Shown here one piece after another: positions 49,701 through 62,600 of a stretch of DNA of 64,000 nt. Origin of the DNA: Phoronis australis (Eukaryota; Animalia; Phoronida); NCBI GenBank assembly GCA_002633005.1, contig NMRA01000148.1:186001-250000 (forward strand), in the 5' to 3' direction. The notes beneath the pieces are model-generated. The model ran no database searches. It saw only the letters and a program-made list of their open reading frames with translations, and was not told where the DNA came from. Position 1 is the stretch's first letter, and every line of letters starts with the position of its first letter. The position numbers were made by a program, and so were the translations under genes.

Positions 49701-51787
49701 ACCAAAAAAGTGGAGTTTGGAATTCTACATCAAAATCATCTTAAGTCTCACAACTAAGCCTCATCGGAAATATGTGTAGAAGTAGAAAGGTCCAAATGAA
49801 GAAAGTAAGCGCTTTTTTAAGTGATAATTTTAACCCCTATCCTGCGCTAGGCGAGGTCAGCCGACATGCCAATTATCCTATTAAAATGCATTGGGTGTAC
49901 TCAATCGACTATAATAAGTTACAGCTGGGCTGCACTAGGAGAGTGCACTCACCCCAGGACACTTGTGATTTTCATTCAGAAATTGTAAGAGCCCTGGAAT
50001 GTTGTTTAGATATGTGACCATGAGTATTCCATACTTCACAACTTCCTCTACTGTTCTCCAATTTAAACCATATGGCTGTGATTACTAGTTTNNNNNNNNN
50101 NNNNNNNNNNNNNNNNNNNNNNNNNNNNNNNNNNNNNNNNNNNNNNNNNNNNNNNNNNNNNNNNNNNNNNNNNNNNNNNNNNNNNNNNNNNNNNNNNNNN
50201 NNNNNNNNNNNNNNNNNNNNNNNNNNNNNNNNNNNNNNNNNNNNNNNNNNNNNNNNNNNNNNNNNNNNNNNNNNNNNNNNNNNNNNNNNNNNNNNNNNNN
50301 NNNNNNNNNNNNNNNNNNNNNNNNNNNNNNNNNNNNNNNNNNNNNNNNNNNNNNNNNNNNNNNNNNNNNNNNNNNNNNNNNNNNNNNNNNNNNNNNNNNN
50401 NNNNNNNNNNNNNNNNNNNNNNNNNNNNNNNNNNNNNNNNNNNNNNNNNNNNNNNNNNNNNNNNNNNNNNNNNNNNNNNNNNNNNNNNNNNNNNNNNNNN
50501 NNNNNNNNNNNNNNNNNNNNNNNNNNNNNNNNNNNNNNNNNNNNNNNNNNNNNNNNNNNNNNNNNNNNNNNNNNNNNNNNNNNNNNNNNNNNNNNNNNNN
50601 NNNNNNNNNNNNNNNNNNNNNNNNNNNNNNNNNNNNNNNNNNNNNNNNNNNNNNNNNNNNNNNNNNNNNNNNNNNNNNNNNNNNNNNNNNNNNNNNNNNN
50701 NNNNNNNNNNNNNNNNNNNNNNNNNNNNNNNNNNNNNNNNNNNNNNNNNNNNNNNNNNNNNNNNNNNNNNNNNNNNNNNNNNNNNNNNNNNNNNNNNNNN
50801 NNNNNNNNNNNNNNNNNNNNNNNNNNNNNNNNNNNNNNNNNNNNNNNNNNNNNNNNNNNNNNNNNNNNNNNNNNNNNNNNNNNNNNNNNNNNNNNNNNNN
50901 NNNNNNNNNNNNNNNNNNNNNNNNNNNNNNNNNNNNNNNNNNNNNNNNNNNNNNNNNNNNNGGCATTTTGGAAACGAACATTTGACTGACAAGACCGCAA
51001 TGGCTCACCTTTGGCCTATTTAAAAATTATTGAGGTTATGGAGTCACATCACCTAGCGAGCGCGGTAAAAGTTGGAGCGTGCGCAGTACAAAAATTTTGA
51101 TTTCACGATTTTGGGAACTGAAATAGGGACTGATCGAAGAAAAAGTTTCATAACGGGAGTATTTGTTCGAGTTGGAAGGACTTAAACACATCGACAACCT
51201 CCTAAGGTGTTCCTCTATGCGCAAAAGGTATTTATAACAACGTGACTTTGATGGTTTAGTCGGTGCGAGGCATAATTCGCCGAAAAGCTTCCGGCGTACA
51301 GAGCGCCTATAGCCTCTACATCGCCTCTGGTTCGGGCCAACAGAGGCGATGGTCATTGCCTATCTGAATAGATTAGAGGCTCAGCAGGATAAGGGTTAAG
51401 TGTGAAATGTATTTTTGAAGAGGTGAAAACTCAAAATCGGTGGCCGGATTTTATCTACTGCCTGTTTAAAATATATGAAACTAGTATAGAAAGCGATGGG
51501 AAGTACTGTAGTCCCTAACCGGTCAATCGAGGGGTTACGTGTTGCAAAGGCATGGCGATGATGGCTGATGGCTTGCGGATGATGACAGATGAAGTTTGGA
51601 ACTTCCTGGTTCTGAACCCATCTTCTCTAAATACCTGTCGACTTGTCTTCGTTTTAAAATTTACCCCATTCTATACTAATTTACACAACTGCTTACGTCC
51701 AGGTTTAGCTCCTTTTTTCTTCTTATCGTGCTTTGGCTTCAATTTCGGTACTTTAGAGGCTTTTACCTTGAGCTTTCCTTGTGCCAT
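46607..51787 (-). CDS. C19orf53: C19orf53/LYDG10 (UPF0390) small basic protein, 86 aa, 3 exons
   Basis: Exons 51787-51697 (MAQGKLKVKASKVPKLKPKHDKKKKGAKPG), 47832-47777 (QRHIVPKKAKLVEANKVKQ), 46720-46607 (SLERAIKTNIESELTSIASGVEAKSFSVIKSQPSDKK*). Canonical phase-matched splice sites; resembles human MAQGQRK...RVIAPKKARVV...NLEVGIRKKIE. Confidence 0.88.
47777..47832 (-). CDS. C19orf53: C19orf53 exon 2
   Basis: ttttccag acceptor; IVPKKAKLV; CAG|GTAAGA donor. Confidence 0.85.
49834..51395. mobile_element. piggyBac-like non-autonomous element spanning the N gap
   Basis: TTAA-CCCCTATCCTGC...GCAGGATAAGGG-TTAA; interrupts the second unit of a tandem repeat. Confidence 0.7.
50092..50961. other. Assembly gap
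   Basis: N run. Confidence 1.
51697..51787 (-). CDS. C19orf53: C19orf53 exon 1
   Basis: caaaATGG start; GGAC|GTAAGC donor. Confidence 0.85.
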
Positions 51788-53432
51788 TTTGTTCAGGGAA
51801 TGACGGGTAATAATCCAACTTGGAATAACTCATTCACTTAAAGGGGTCGCAAGTCTCCATTTTTCAAATATCAATCATGCTTGCTAGTTATTTTTTGTTA
51901 GACTCTATCAGAAAATTATAAAATTGTTACTAGAGTCAACATGTACTTTGCAGCAAACTATAAATAAAATAGTCTAGGTTACTATATATAGCCATAATCT
52001 ACTCACCCCCAGTGGTGGAATCGGTAACAAAAGAGAGTGCTTCGCTGCTGGTAAGTCGGATTATTCTTTCCTCAAAAATTGATTTTGTAGTTGTAGAATT
52101 GACTGGTAACGTGTTTTACAAAATTTGCTAACTTGTGTATCTCTGGACTGAGGGACATTTGACTCATCTGTTGCCAACCATCAGGGCAGAAGTATCCGAA
52201 GGGTCCGTGAGGCTTGAGAGGAGTGGTACCCGGCCGTACCGTGCCTTGGGAGGCGACTGAGTTACCCAGCTAGCATATCATCACGACCTCGGCTTTTGTC
52301 TCTAGACCAAGATGGTTTGTTGATATAGGAACTATTTGACGTAGGCCTCACCAAGATTCTAGTCGAGTCATGGTCGAGTTTAATGCAATATCTGATGGTG
52401 AAACGAAATTTCTCCAAGTATATATATTGTTGCTTTGTTTTTTTTTTTGAAGTTGTTTTGTTTAGTTCAGGTAGCTGGTTGCATTTTTTGTCCAATGAAT
52501 GGGAAAATAATTCACAACATGTACCTGGTTAAGAATTCAATGCCTATATTGTTTTGAGGCAAAATCAGGCAATAGGTGGCGCTGTAGCAACCATTTTTTA
52601 AACTTTTCGTGGAGCTCAACGCTCTTCAGCTCCGAAGGATTCATCTGATATTTGGTGTGCAGATAAAATCTCATCGAGGGCTATCAGGAAGGAGTGTGTT
52701 GTCATTCTCGGTTTGAGTTAACGGCCATTCTCAAGTTATTCGAGATTTCCCGACGACTGTTCTTTTTGTTATGATTGATTGTCTTTTCACGCGCTTGGCC
52801 CAAATACATTTTCTGGCTTCAGAGCGTTTGTTTGTATGCATGGTAGAGGTAACAGTTTTCATCCCATTGACATAAAGTTCACACACACACACATCATGTA
52901 CTATATGTTTTGTCAAACTCTGTGGCACTGTGACAGCCTCTTTTCGATTTTGTTGCTTTGCAGAGCTCTATAGCTCTGTGGTCCTTCGAAAGACATTCTT
53001 CACTGAGAAATTTGGTATGTAGATAGATCGAGATCAAGCACTCTCGTGGCTGATTCTTCGGTTTCTCGCTTTGATTTACTGTTTTCAACTTATTGGAGAT
53101 TGAATGATGACTGAGATCTGTTCCTGGTACATTATTCAGACTGCAGCACAATCATAGTATCCATCTCAGGGTTTAAGATCAACACAGTTACGGTACTATA
53201 CCAGCTGTCCTGTCATTCGCACAACCAATTGATGTGAAATTTACAAATAGCATGTAGCTCTTAACTAATTCAATCTTTTAGTGCTTTCACATCCATTTCT
53301 CGATTGTTGCAGTTTGTGGAACTGTAACTTCGCGGTCTCCAAAACGATTCTTCTGAACATGGTATGTGGATAGATCTGGTCAATTGCTGTCTTTGTTCTG
53401 CCGGTTTCTTACTATGACTTGTAAAGTCAGTT

Positions 53433-53593
53433 CACGGGCGGATCCAGGATTTTGAGTTAAGGGGAGGGCCAGGGCAGAATATTAGCCAGGATTTTGCTTA
53501 TATGACATTGGCACTCCCGAATTGCCCGATGGAATCTTGGAGAATTTTAGGGGGGGCCATAGCCCCCTTGGCCGCCCTCTAAATCCGCCAATG
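53433..53593 (-). mobile_element. hAT-like MITE (internally deleted relative of 181-447), 5-bp TSD CAGTT
   Basis: Reverse-complement similarity to both ends of 181-447; CAGTT on both flanks. Confidence 0.8.
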
Positions 53594-54154
53594 CAGTTCT
53601 CAAGTTCTTTGAGATTTTCTGATAAAGATGACAACTCTTTTATTGACTGATTCCTCAGTGATCTGTTGTTGGTAAATGAGGTTGATGCTATACGTGTCAG
53701 GGTGGTGGTCATTGTTGTTCTTGCTTTTGTCGTTGAACTCGCTTTTCAGTTTTTCGTTCGATTTCATCAAGTGTCATTCTTCGGAGCTCTTTCATTTCAG
53801 ATTCAGATGGGTGCCTAAAGCTAATCCAATGTGATAGCAGTTGCCAAATCTAAGGAAATTTTTTGACATCTATTATGCATTTTGATTTTTGTTTGCAGTA
53901 TGTGGTCTTGTCCAGCTCCTTTGTTTGACACATTAAGGGTTTCCTGTTGTCCTTTGGTGGTGCGGACACCAATGCCTGCCATTGGTGCAGGTTGGTGGTC
54001 ATGATGGGGAACATGCCAAATAACAGTTTTCATTAGAAGCTGCCGATAACTTTTGAGTAAAAGTATACCGAAAACCTGAAAGCCCAACAAAATCATACTT
54101 GCCTGTCAATAAACTTCAGCATTTTTTTGATTATCTTTGATCCTTTACTCTTTA

Positions 54155-54620
54155 GGCCCTTTCATGCTAATGTCAATGCGTTGATGTTTTGCGGAGTTGC
54201 GGTCTGTGTGAACGGCTAACTTCGGTCCTGGTTCGAAGTTAACCGCTCCAGTTAACTTCACAGTAAATAGGTGGATTTTGCAGTAGAGTGTCGATGCTGC
54301 GGTGCGCTATGAACAGTCTTGTTAGTTATTGCCAGGGACCAGTGTTATCATCAACAATTTAAGGTCAGTGTTGTCACTAACCATAGCTTACATTTGCTCT
54401 AAAATAAATTTCATGTCAATCAGCACATGTAAATCTTCTAAATTGTCACATTTAAAATCTTAGCTTGCATGGGATACATCAGCACTACCTTGCGACATGG
54501 TCACCTACAGTCTACTTCGATGCTGTTAAATTGGGAAGGTGGCACAATGATTATGGTAAATTGTTTGCAGTTAACGTCAACGCTCCGCTCATAACAGAGT
54601 TAATTTAGTATGAAAGGGCC
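54155..54620 (+). mobile_element. PIF/Harbinger-like MITE
   Basis: TIR GGCCCTTTCAT.CT/AGTATGAAAGGGCC, TTA on the left flank; homologous to 56095-56632. Confidence 0.65.
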
Positions 54621-56094
54621 TTTTTAATTAAGTTAAATTCAATCATGTTACTAGTGGCCACATCTTATTAAAAATCGTAAGTCAGTTTACAGCTATGTTT
54701 TCCTATGGTAAGGTCACAACTTTTTTAGTCAAGTGAATCTGCATATTTAGGATCAGAAAAGTGAAAGGAAGATCATGCAGTTTTGGCAATGTTCAGAAGT
54801 AATTGCTTTCACATACTTCAGAGTGTACTGGTAATTTATTTTTTCAATCAAAAAGTAAATGTTTTGAGCTGTTCTATTACGGGTCATCGCCTGTATGCCT
54901 GCAGCATCCACTGTCAATATATTGTTCATTAGCCTGGCTGCAGCCACAGGGATACTCAACTGTTTGTAGGGAGAGCACTGGGAGGCTTGAAAGTCATGAG
55001 GTCTGCCTTTGTAGCAAGTGGATGTGCTCTGAAACAAATCCGAATCGAATCTTTATTGGAATGGCTTCATTCTTAATGGCTTCTGGCCCGCACTAGTATA
55101 ACTGGACTTTCTGAGGATGTGTCAAGGATTTATGTTTAATTGTTACAGTGGAAGTGCTTTTTTGATGTTTCATATAGGGCAAGATTCAAATTTATCAAAA
55201 CTATTTGAAACTTCCTATTCAATTGATTCTTCAAGATTCTAACAAGTCTGCAAAAATACGAGACACATTATCTATTTTGTCATCACGCATATATACTGTA
55301 TAATACAGCATGTGGTTCACATTAAGCAAAAAAATGTGTATTTGAAAGGTAACCTTCATTTTGCCTGAAGTTCAATACAGGCCGCTGCCATGTATAGAGT
55401 CCCTGAAGGGTTAACCGTTAAGTTTGGTGAAAAATATGTGGAAACTTGAAATCATGCATTTTTACTGATGTTACAAACAGTGTATGATTCAAATATATCA
55501 ACATTGTTTTATTTTCAGTTATTTGTACTAATTTTACAGCCCATGCTATGCCATTTAATTTGGTGAACAACACCAAGTAACCATGTCCATGGAGAAGAAC
55601 ATTTATCCAGAAATAAGTAAACATGTCTGCATTGCCTTATTAACATTTGATGACATCCTCTTAAAACATCATTCATTCTACCTATCATAGTAGTTCCATA
55701 TTGGAATGCTATTAAGAAGTACTCATCCCTTCTACCTGACTATCACAGTAGGTCCATATTAGAATGCTATTAAGAAGTACACCAGTGATGTTGTTCATAG
55801 AATCATAGACCAGGCCCTTGACAAATTTCAAATATCAGTAACATGACATTTTTAAGTGTTTGTGATTGAAACTATAGAAGATTTTTTTAATCGCTTGAAC
55901 ATGTAACAAATTTTAATTATTCATATTCTGTTTATTCAATTTAACATGTTGAAATATATTCTTATATGGAGCATCTGTTATGGAATTCCAGTACAGGAAT
56001 GTACCTAACTGGAATGTTCTGAGGTCCCGAAACAGATCCATAAAATGCGTCCCATTTGTAATTTTAAAGCTTTCCTGCAAAAAGTCATTCTTTA

Positions 56095-56632
56095 GGCCCT
56101 TTCATACTAATGTGGATGCATCAATATTTTGAGGAGTTGCAGTCAGTATGAATTGTAAACTTCACTCCTGGATCAAAGTTAACAGTGCCAATTAAGTATG
56201 CGGTAAACACGTCAATTTAATAGCGGAGCGTCAACGTTGGGGTTTGTTATGAACAGTCAACTTCGGTCTCATCCAACTTATTGCCAGGGGCCACTGCTAT
56301 CGTCAACAATTAAAGGGTGGTTTCGTCTCTAATATTTTCTAATTACATTTCTTGAATAATCACCAATCGCAATAGAAATAAGGTTATGTCAATTATCACA
56401 TGTAAATGTTCATAAATTGTCACGTTAAAAAAATGTTAGCACACACGAAACGAAAAACTCGCCATTTCTGAGTCTGCCTCAAAGGTTATCTTAGGCATCG
56501 GCTCTGCCTTGCAATTACTTCGATGACAGCAGCGTCACGTACCGTTTACTTCAACCAAAGAACGGTTCAATGAACTTCGCAGTTTACATCTACGCTCTGC
56601 TCATACCAGGGTTAAGTTAGTATGAAAGGCTC
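56095..56632 (+). mobile_element. PIF/Harbinger-like MITE, TTA TSD (a more degenerate copy follows at about 56643-57130)
   Basis: TIR GGCCCTTTCATACTAA/TTAGTATGAAAGGCTC flanked by TTA. Confidence 0.65.
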
Positions 56633-59600
56633 TTATATATTAGGCCTTTCCCACTGACTCTAAAGCTTCAGAGTTACCGAAGTTATGGTCAATGGAAACA
56701 CTTAACTTTGATCTTGGATCAAAGTTAACAACCTGAGTTAACTTCTGAGTAAACAGATGGATTTAACAGCTGTGTTGGCGCTTCCTTCGCTACTATAAGA
56801 AACCTTCAGTTAACTTTCATGCCATCAGACTTATTGGCAAGGGTCACTGCATTTATTATTTTGGCAGTATAAGTACGTATTCTGTTTCAATTTGCCCGGT
56901 ATTTGCTGGATTCTGTACATAAAGAAATCACTGAACATATATGTACGTAAAATGAGTTCTCGACATATCCCACACTGCCTTGTTCGGTGAAGGTCATATT
57001 AGCGTCACCTTGCGATAACTTCACTGTACAAGTTTTTTTGACTTACTTCGAAGGTGATGGTTGGTAACACTTAACTTTACAGTTAACATCGAATCTTTGA
57101 TAGTTGCCGAGTTAACTGTATGTTAAAGGAACTTTTCATATAGTTTTGTGGTGACCAATTGGCAGTGAAATTTTTACAGCATGTCTAAGCAACGTTTTTA
57201 TATCTGCTGTTTGTGAGTCATAATGGAGTGCAGGTTGTTTCAAATGGTGGAGATTTTCCTTATTCCAGTGGTGGTACTGCACTCTGCAGACATCTATGAA
57301 CCATGATATGGAAATTGCCTGTCACGTTATTTGACAAACACAAACAGAAAATGTGCCTTGAATTTTTATGTGCTGAATTATTTGATTGAATGTATGTGGT
57401 ACCTCAATAAAAATTAATTGTTAAAGACATGTTGCTGCAATATAAATTCAACAGTGATCAGTGTATTACATGAATAGTTGGGTTGACAGTGACAGCTTCT
57501 TCCCCCAATAGATACATTTTTAATGAAGCGCTAATACCAGTATGTCAATCTGGCAATATTGACTTACCCTCCTTAGTGTGTTACAGTACAATTCAGTGCT
57601 ATAGGATTACCAGTATGTATTGTATGTTAGCAAACTAGCTCTGAGGTCTGAGTCAGACAGCTTCTCAACTATTTACGACTAGCTGAGCTGCACTCAGGTT
57701 GGACCAGAAAGCCTTGTGTTTATTAACAGTTACTGTAATAGTTCTTTGCAATTTATAATGTGGTTGCCATTACAAAAATAGTAACATGTTCAGTTAATAT
57801 AGGGGATGTGTGGAAACAGTTATTATGCAGGTTAAAAACATGTTAACCACAGGGCTGATGATTGTTTCTATGGTGACTGCAGAGTACTCAATACATTCTG
57901 GTTGAGTTGGCTTTGGGCTGTGCAGGCTCCAATGCTAGTTATGAATGCCTTACAATGGCTTTGAAATGTTCAAGATGCAGTAAACATGTTAGAATACTTA
58001 ATTTACAGGTTTTCCCAGCCAGTGTGATAGTTGCTAAGGTAAATTTTCTCTTAATCTGTTCAGTTCTCATGTAAATACAACCAGTTCTGTAAAATGCTAT
58101 CTACTGAAATTAAAACAACATATTCATTGGTTACTACAGTGAATTATTTATGATTATAGTGACATGTCTCATGATAAGATGTTAGGCTGTAAAATGTCAG
58201 CAGATAAAACCCAGGTATTTGGGGTGCTGTGCCAATGGGCAGTTCAATACTCTTTAATTTACTTTAAGTCATGCTAATAAAAAATGTCCTCGTTTTTGAC
58301 ATCTGAATCAGTTGAGACCAGTTCATCACCATAGGGGTGATTGTGAGATCAGGGACCCATGTGACTTCCTGACTGGATGTATTTGTACAGGAAGGAACCT
58401 TGCTTCGCTTGCGACACTTTGTGACGTTTTCAAGTTCACGATTCAAAATAGAAGCAAAAATTGCTTGGGATTAAATTTTTCAACGATGTACATCTCTTGC
58501 AGCAACAATTTTCTAGTTCTTTCCAAGTCTAGAAACCACTGATCCCAGTATGGTGTGAACTGACTCCAACTTTATGGTGATAATTAGTCAAAAGACATTT
58601 TGACACATTTTAAAATATTTCTTGTCTTTTTCTTGGAAATAGTTTAAAGCAACCGGTATATTGAGCACAGGTGAGATGTCTATTACCCGAGGGTATCCCA
58701 TTTCACACTATGCCCTGTGTTACGTGTTTTGATTTTGTTAAAGGTTTAAAACATTTCTCGTTAGATGGTTTTATGCTGTAGTCAGAATGGAGCTCAGGTG
58801 TTATTTTTGGCTTGACCATTCCATTCCCTTATTTTTACTTTGAAGTTGGCTATTTTTGACCCGCCAATGAAGTACTTAGTATAACTTACCAGTGTCTCAT
58901 CACTCTGTGTTTGGTCTTGTGCTCAGGACATGAGAACAAAACTGTTACAAGTGTGCTAGTATGTAGTTAAAGGATAACTGCATTTATTTGAATTCAAAAC
59001 TATATAATATTCCAATGGACAAAGAGAAAGGATTGAGTAAAACAGAATAATTATGCTGAGATGAAGAATTTCTTACACATGCTGAAAATTTAATTATTGA
59101 GATATTCTCTTTTTGAAAAATAGAATAGTGCAAATATTTTATAGCAAGTTTTTGTGTGAAAGAACTAAATATGGAATTAGTATCATACCCATCCAGTGTT
59201 TGCCCAAAGACTGACTGTTTTACATTATTTGAGGCATACAGGCTTAAAGGTGTGCATATTCATCGTAATTTTGGTAAGTTTTATGAAATAACACTGAAGA
59301 AATGAGTACCGTCATTTTTGTTTCTGGTTTACCGTCTCATATTTTCCGTTCCCCATTATCTGCCTCATTTTCCAAAGTTTAATCATTTCTGGATTATTTA
59401 CATGGATTCTAGAAAAATGGATCTTGGACATTTTGGAAGGTGGGTCCACTAAAACCGAGTCTTTAGAAGTGTAGAGCGATCACTCTCTCAAAGTTTTATG
59501 CTCACAACTTGGCTAATAAGCATGTCTGTGCCCAGACAGATCAATTTCAATGAGACTGTTTTAGATACAGTAGTACAACTTTATATCTCTCCCATGTATG

Positions 59601-62600
59601 TATTTAAAAACACACGGAGGGTTCTTGCTAAATGGTGTTACTGCAGTTGGCTTGCTCTGTTGTAAATCTGTTTAAACTTGTATTACAGTCATGTGCTTGT
59701 GATTTTTGGTGGGGCTAAATTTTCTACCCTCTCTTTACTGTGATTTGCCATGAAATATTCCCATTTACGTAGCTCAAATTTGATTTTTTTCAAGGGTAAA
59801 CAGTTTAACCCAATTTTGGATTGAAGAGTGTAGCTTATTTGAAACACTTGGCTATGTGACCTATTGACATGAAAAATGTGTAGGGATTGTCCATAAATAA
59901 TGGCATTTTCAAAATCAGAAAACCATACCATACTTTGGTTTGCCATATCCCCTTCTCTCATCATAAAGGATATATCTAAAAATGCTGATTTTTCTCTATT
60001 TCCTCTCTGATACTTTTAGAAAATTCAAAAAGCCTGTGGCTCCGTAGGATTACCTTTCCCTCATCATGCGTTTTCTAAGCTTTTGCAAGTGGCGGTTATG
60101 AAAAATACCATCGCAAGGCAAACATTTCTTGTCTTATGCTTTTCCACTCAAAAACTGGCGCACAGTAAAAATTCATGAATTTGGGCCATTTTTCTGTTTT
60201 TTCTTAGGCTTACTAAATCAGTACAAGTTCTAAAAAAATGTGTTGAACGCTGTTTGGTGAACGCGATACCATTCAAACCATGTGAAAAAGTAAACAAATT
60301 TTCCTGAAAAGTTAGTTTGTTGAGAAATTTGACAAATTAAATTTCAATTCTATTCGCCAAAACGATTTTTTACCATGTCTTTAGCTCTATATCCCCAAAT
60401 GTTAGGTGACTGACATTACCCCTCACCCCTCATCCAGTCATCATGGAAGCCAGTGCATGAAGTTAGACCTGTAAAATATGTGCTGGAAGAAATGACATTT
60501 TCTTTTTTTCAAGTCTTGGCACATGTGCCCTGTGCAATTTGAGAATGCCACTGCTTGTATGCAGATTGCCTGGAGTTTCAGTCTAGTTGGTTAGGTGGCT
60601 AATTTTTCACACCATGAAGGTAGTCGTTAATTAGCAGAGCATGCCAATGCAGTCATGATCTAAGATAATTAACAGTTGCATCCTGTTTACCATTAATAGC
60701 AGAATGTAAAATTGCTATACAATCAATAATCCACCCGTAGTCTCTCTTGCCACATCAGTGTCTTCAGAAAATTGAAATTTTCTAAATCAGATGGTAATCT
60801 TGTGGGTCATCTCTTGCCAGAATTGACTGAATCTGACATTTTACTTATCCCGCGATATTTGTCAGCCAAAAATCGGTGTTAAGCTAAAAGTATATAAACT
60901 TGCCATGTTTCAGCTAAATTATTGGAGTATAGTTGCTGCGTGATTATGTGTTCAATGTCTGCACTGCAGTCAAGTCTACTGCTCGGCATGGGGCAGCACG
61001 GTGTTGTTTGCAAAATTCCATTCATCAAACGCTATTCCGAGAGTAGAAGAATCTGTTGTTGGAAATATCTGGTATTATTAAAGGACAGTTGTTATTTGTT
61101 CACCATTTAGCGACATTCAGAATAATCTTGATCAGCGTGTCCGTGTCGCCAGGGGCACTGAAAAAGGGTATTTTCAAGCACTATGTACCCTTTTTGTTCA
61201 AGTTTTGTGTATTGTCTACACAGAGTGAAATGTGTAAAATCATCAGTTTTTGTTGGATCTCTGTATTTAAAGGGTTTATTTATAAGTGTATCCCACAACA
61301 TATGTGGCCATCTTAGAAATATGGTCGGTTAACATCAATCCGCCTAGGTTCGTGTGCCTAGTATATGTATATATTACCTGTACCAGATGTGTTTAGTTAA
61401 GTGACTGTTGGCTGGAATCTTTCTTTGGAATGATCAGTAACTGCAATAGCTGTGTAAAACTAGAGCTAACCAATTTGTGGAGGTATGTAAGTCAGGCTTT
61501 AAGCCATCAGCTGCTGATAAAGAGGCTGTGTACCAAAGCATGTGGTGAACTTAATTCGGTCCAAGACTCAGTTTTTATTCAACATTCATACTATATGCAC
61601 ATGTAGTTAGGCTCCTGTGCCCTCATTTGAAATCATGCGTTTTTCCTCACAAATGTTTTGTGTAAGTGTTGATAACCTGCATTCGGTTGTGAACATTGTA
61701 TAAATACTAAATTGAGTTGAGTTTTTCTCAGTTGTGTATAATTTTGGGGGGTACTTTTCAGTCAAACATTTTCTATGGTTTTTGTAGCTGTTGGGTTACT
61801 CTCCCGTGATTATTGTATTTCATTAAACGTCCCTCTGATATGAACATCTGTTCCTTCTACAGAGAGTGTGCAATGTAAAAAATCTATTCAAGATATTCAT
61901 TGGCGTTGTTTGAGTATCTGGTCAATTTGGTATCGGTCAATTTGGCATCAAACGGAATTGTATCGGGCATAACCATGGATGCTAATGAGGGCAAAGTCTG
62001 AAAAGTAGGTTTAATTAACTTATCTCTCTGTATTGTCATACCTAATCCACCTTGAACAAATTGCATTTGGCTGAGACTAATTCTCATGCAGTCATGGGGC
62101 CATAGCCAAATTATTCTCAGTTGAAGTTGTAAAATATATGAACATGGCAATTTGATAAGTTACACCATAATCATTAAGTGATCTTTAATATTTTCTCTTC
62201 TTTCTTTTGTTTAAGCATAAGCAACAATATCATTCCTTCCATAGGTTGACCTACTTGAATAGCAAAGTCATGCTATAAACTCAATACAACTGTGGGTGTA
62301 TCTTTTTATTGAAAGGCAGTTTTGAAATCTGGCAATGTCATCCATGCTAAGTGGTTGTTTTGTTGTTTACAGGCATGCTCTAATGCAAGCTAAGTATTGC
62401 AGTTTGTTCCACCAGTTTGTTTACAAAAGTCGCACATGGACATTCCAGCTTAGACACCTAACCACCTCACACCTGAGTGTGTGGTAGGCCTCTCATGGGG
62501 GTTCACTGGCAATGGAATTGCAGTCTTACGTTCATAAACAGCTGTGTACATGTTTGGCATATGGTTTGTTTGATGTACCATGAGTAATTTTCTTATGGCC

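Larger units (their letters stand above)
49254..51545 (+). repeat. Two-unit tandem repeat (about 370 bp), second unit split by the piggyBac-like element
   Basis: CTAGCCTTTGCCTAACTCA at about 49254 and 49624; AGGTGAA.ACTCAAAATCGGTGGCCGGATTT at about 49494 and 51421. Confidence 0.75.

Noticed and set aside
49972-51008. Long ORFs in the track
   Set aside because: Artifacts of translating the N gap
52150-52300. HDV-like ribozyme on the minus strand (GCC-TCCCAA-GGC P3-like hairpin)
   Set aside because: Could not build convincing P1 and P2 pairings by eye
52700-54120. Decayed LINE ORF1-like or coiled-coil fragments on the minus strand
   Set aside because: Many stops and no diagnostic motif; cannot be classified without a search
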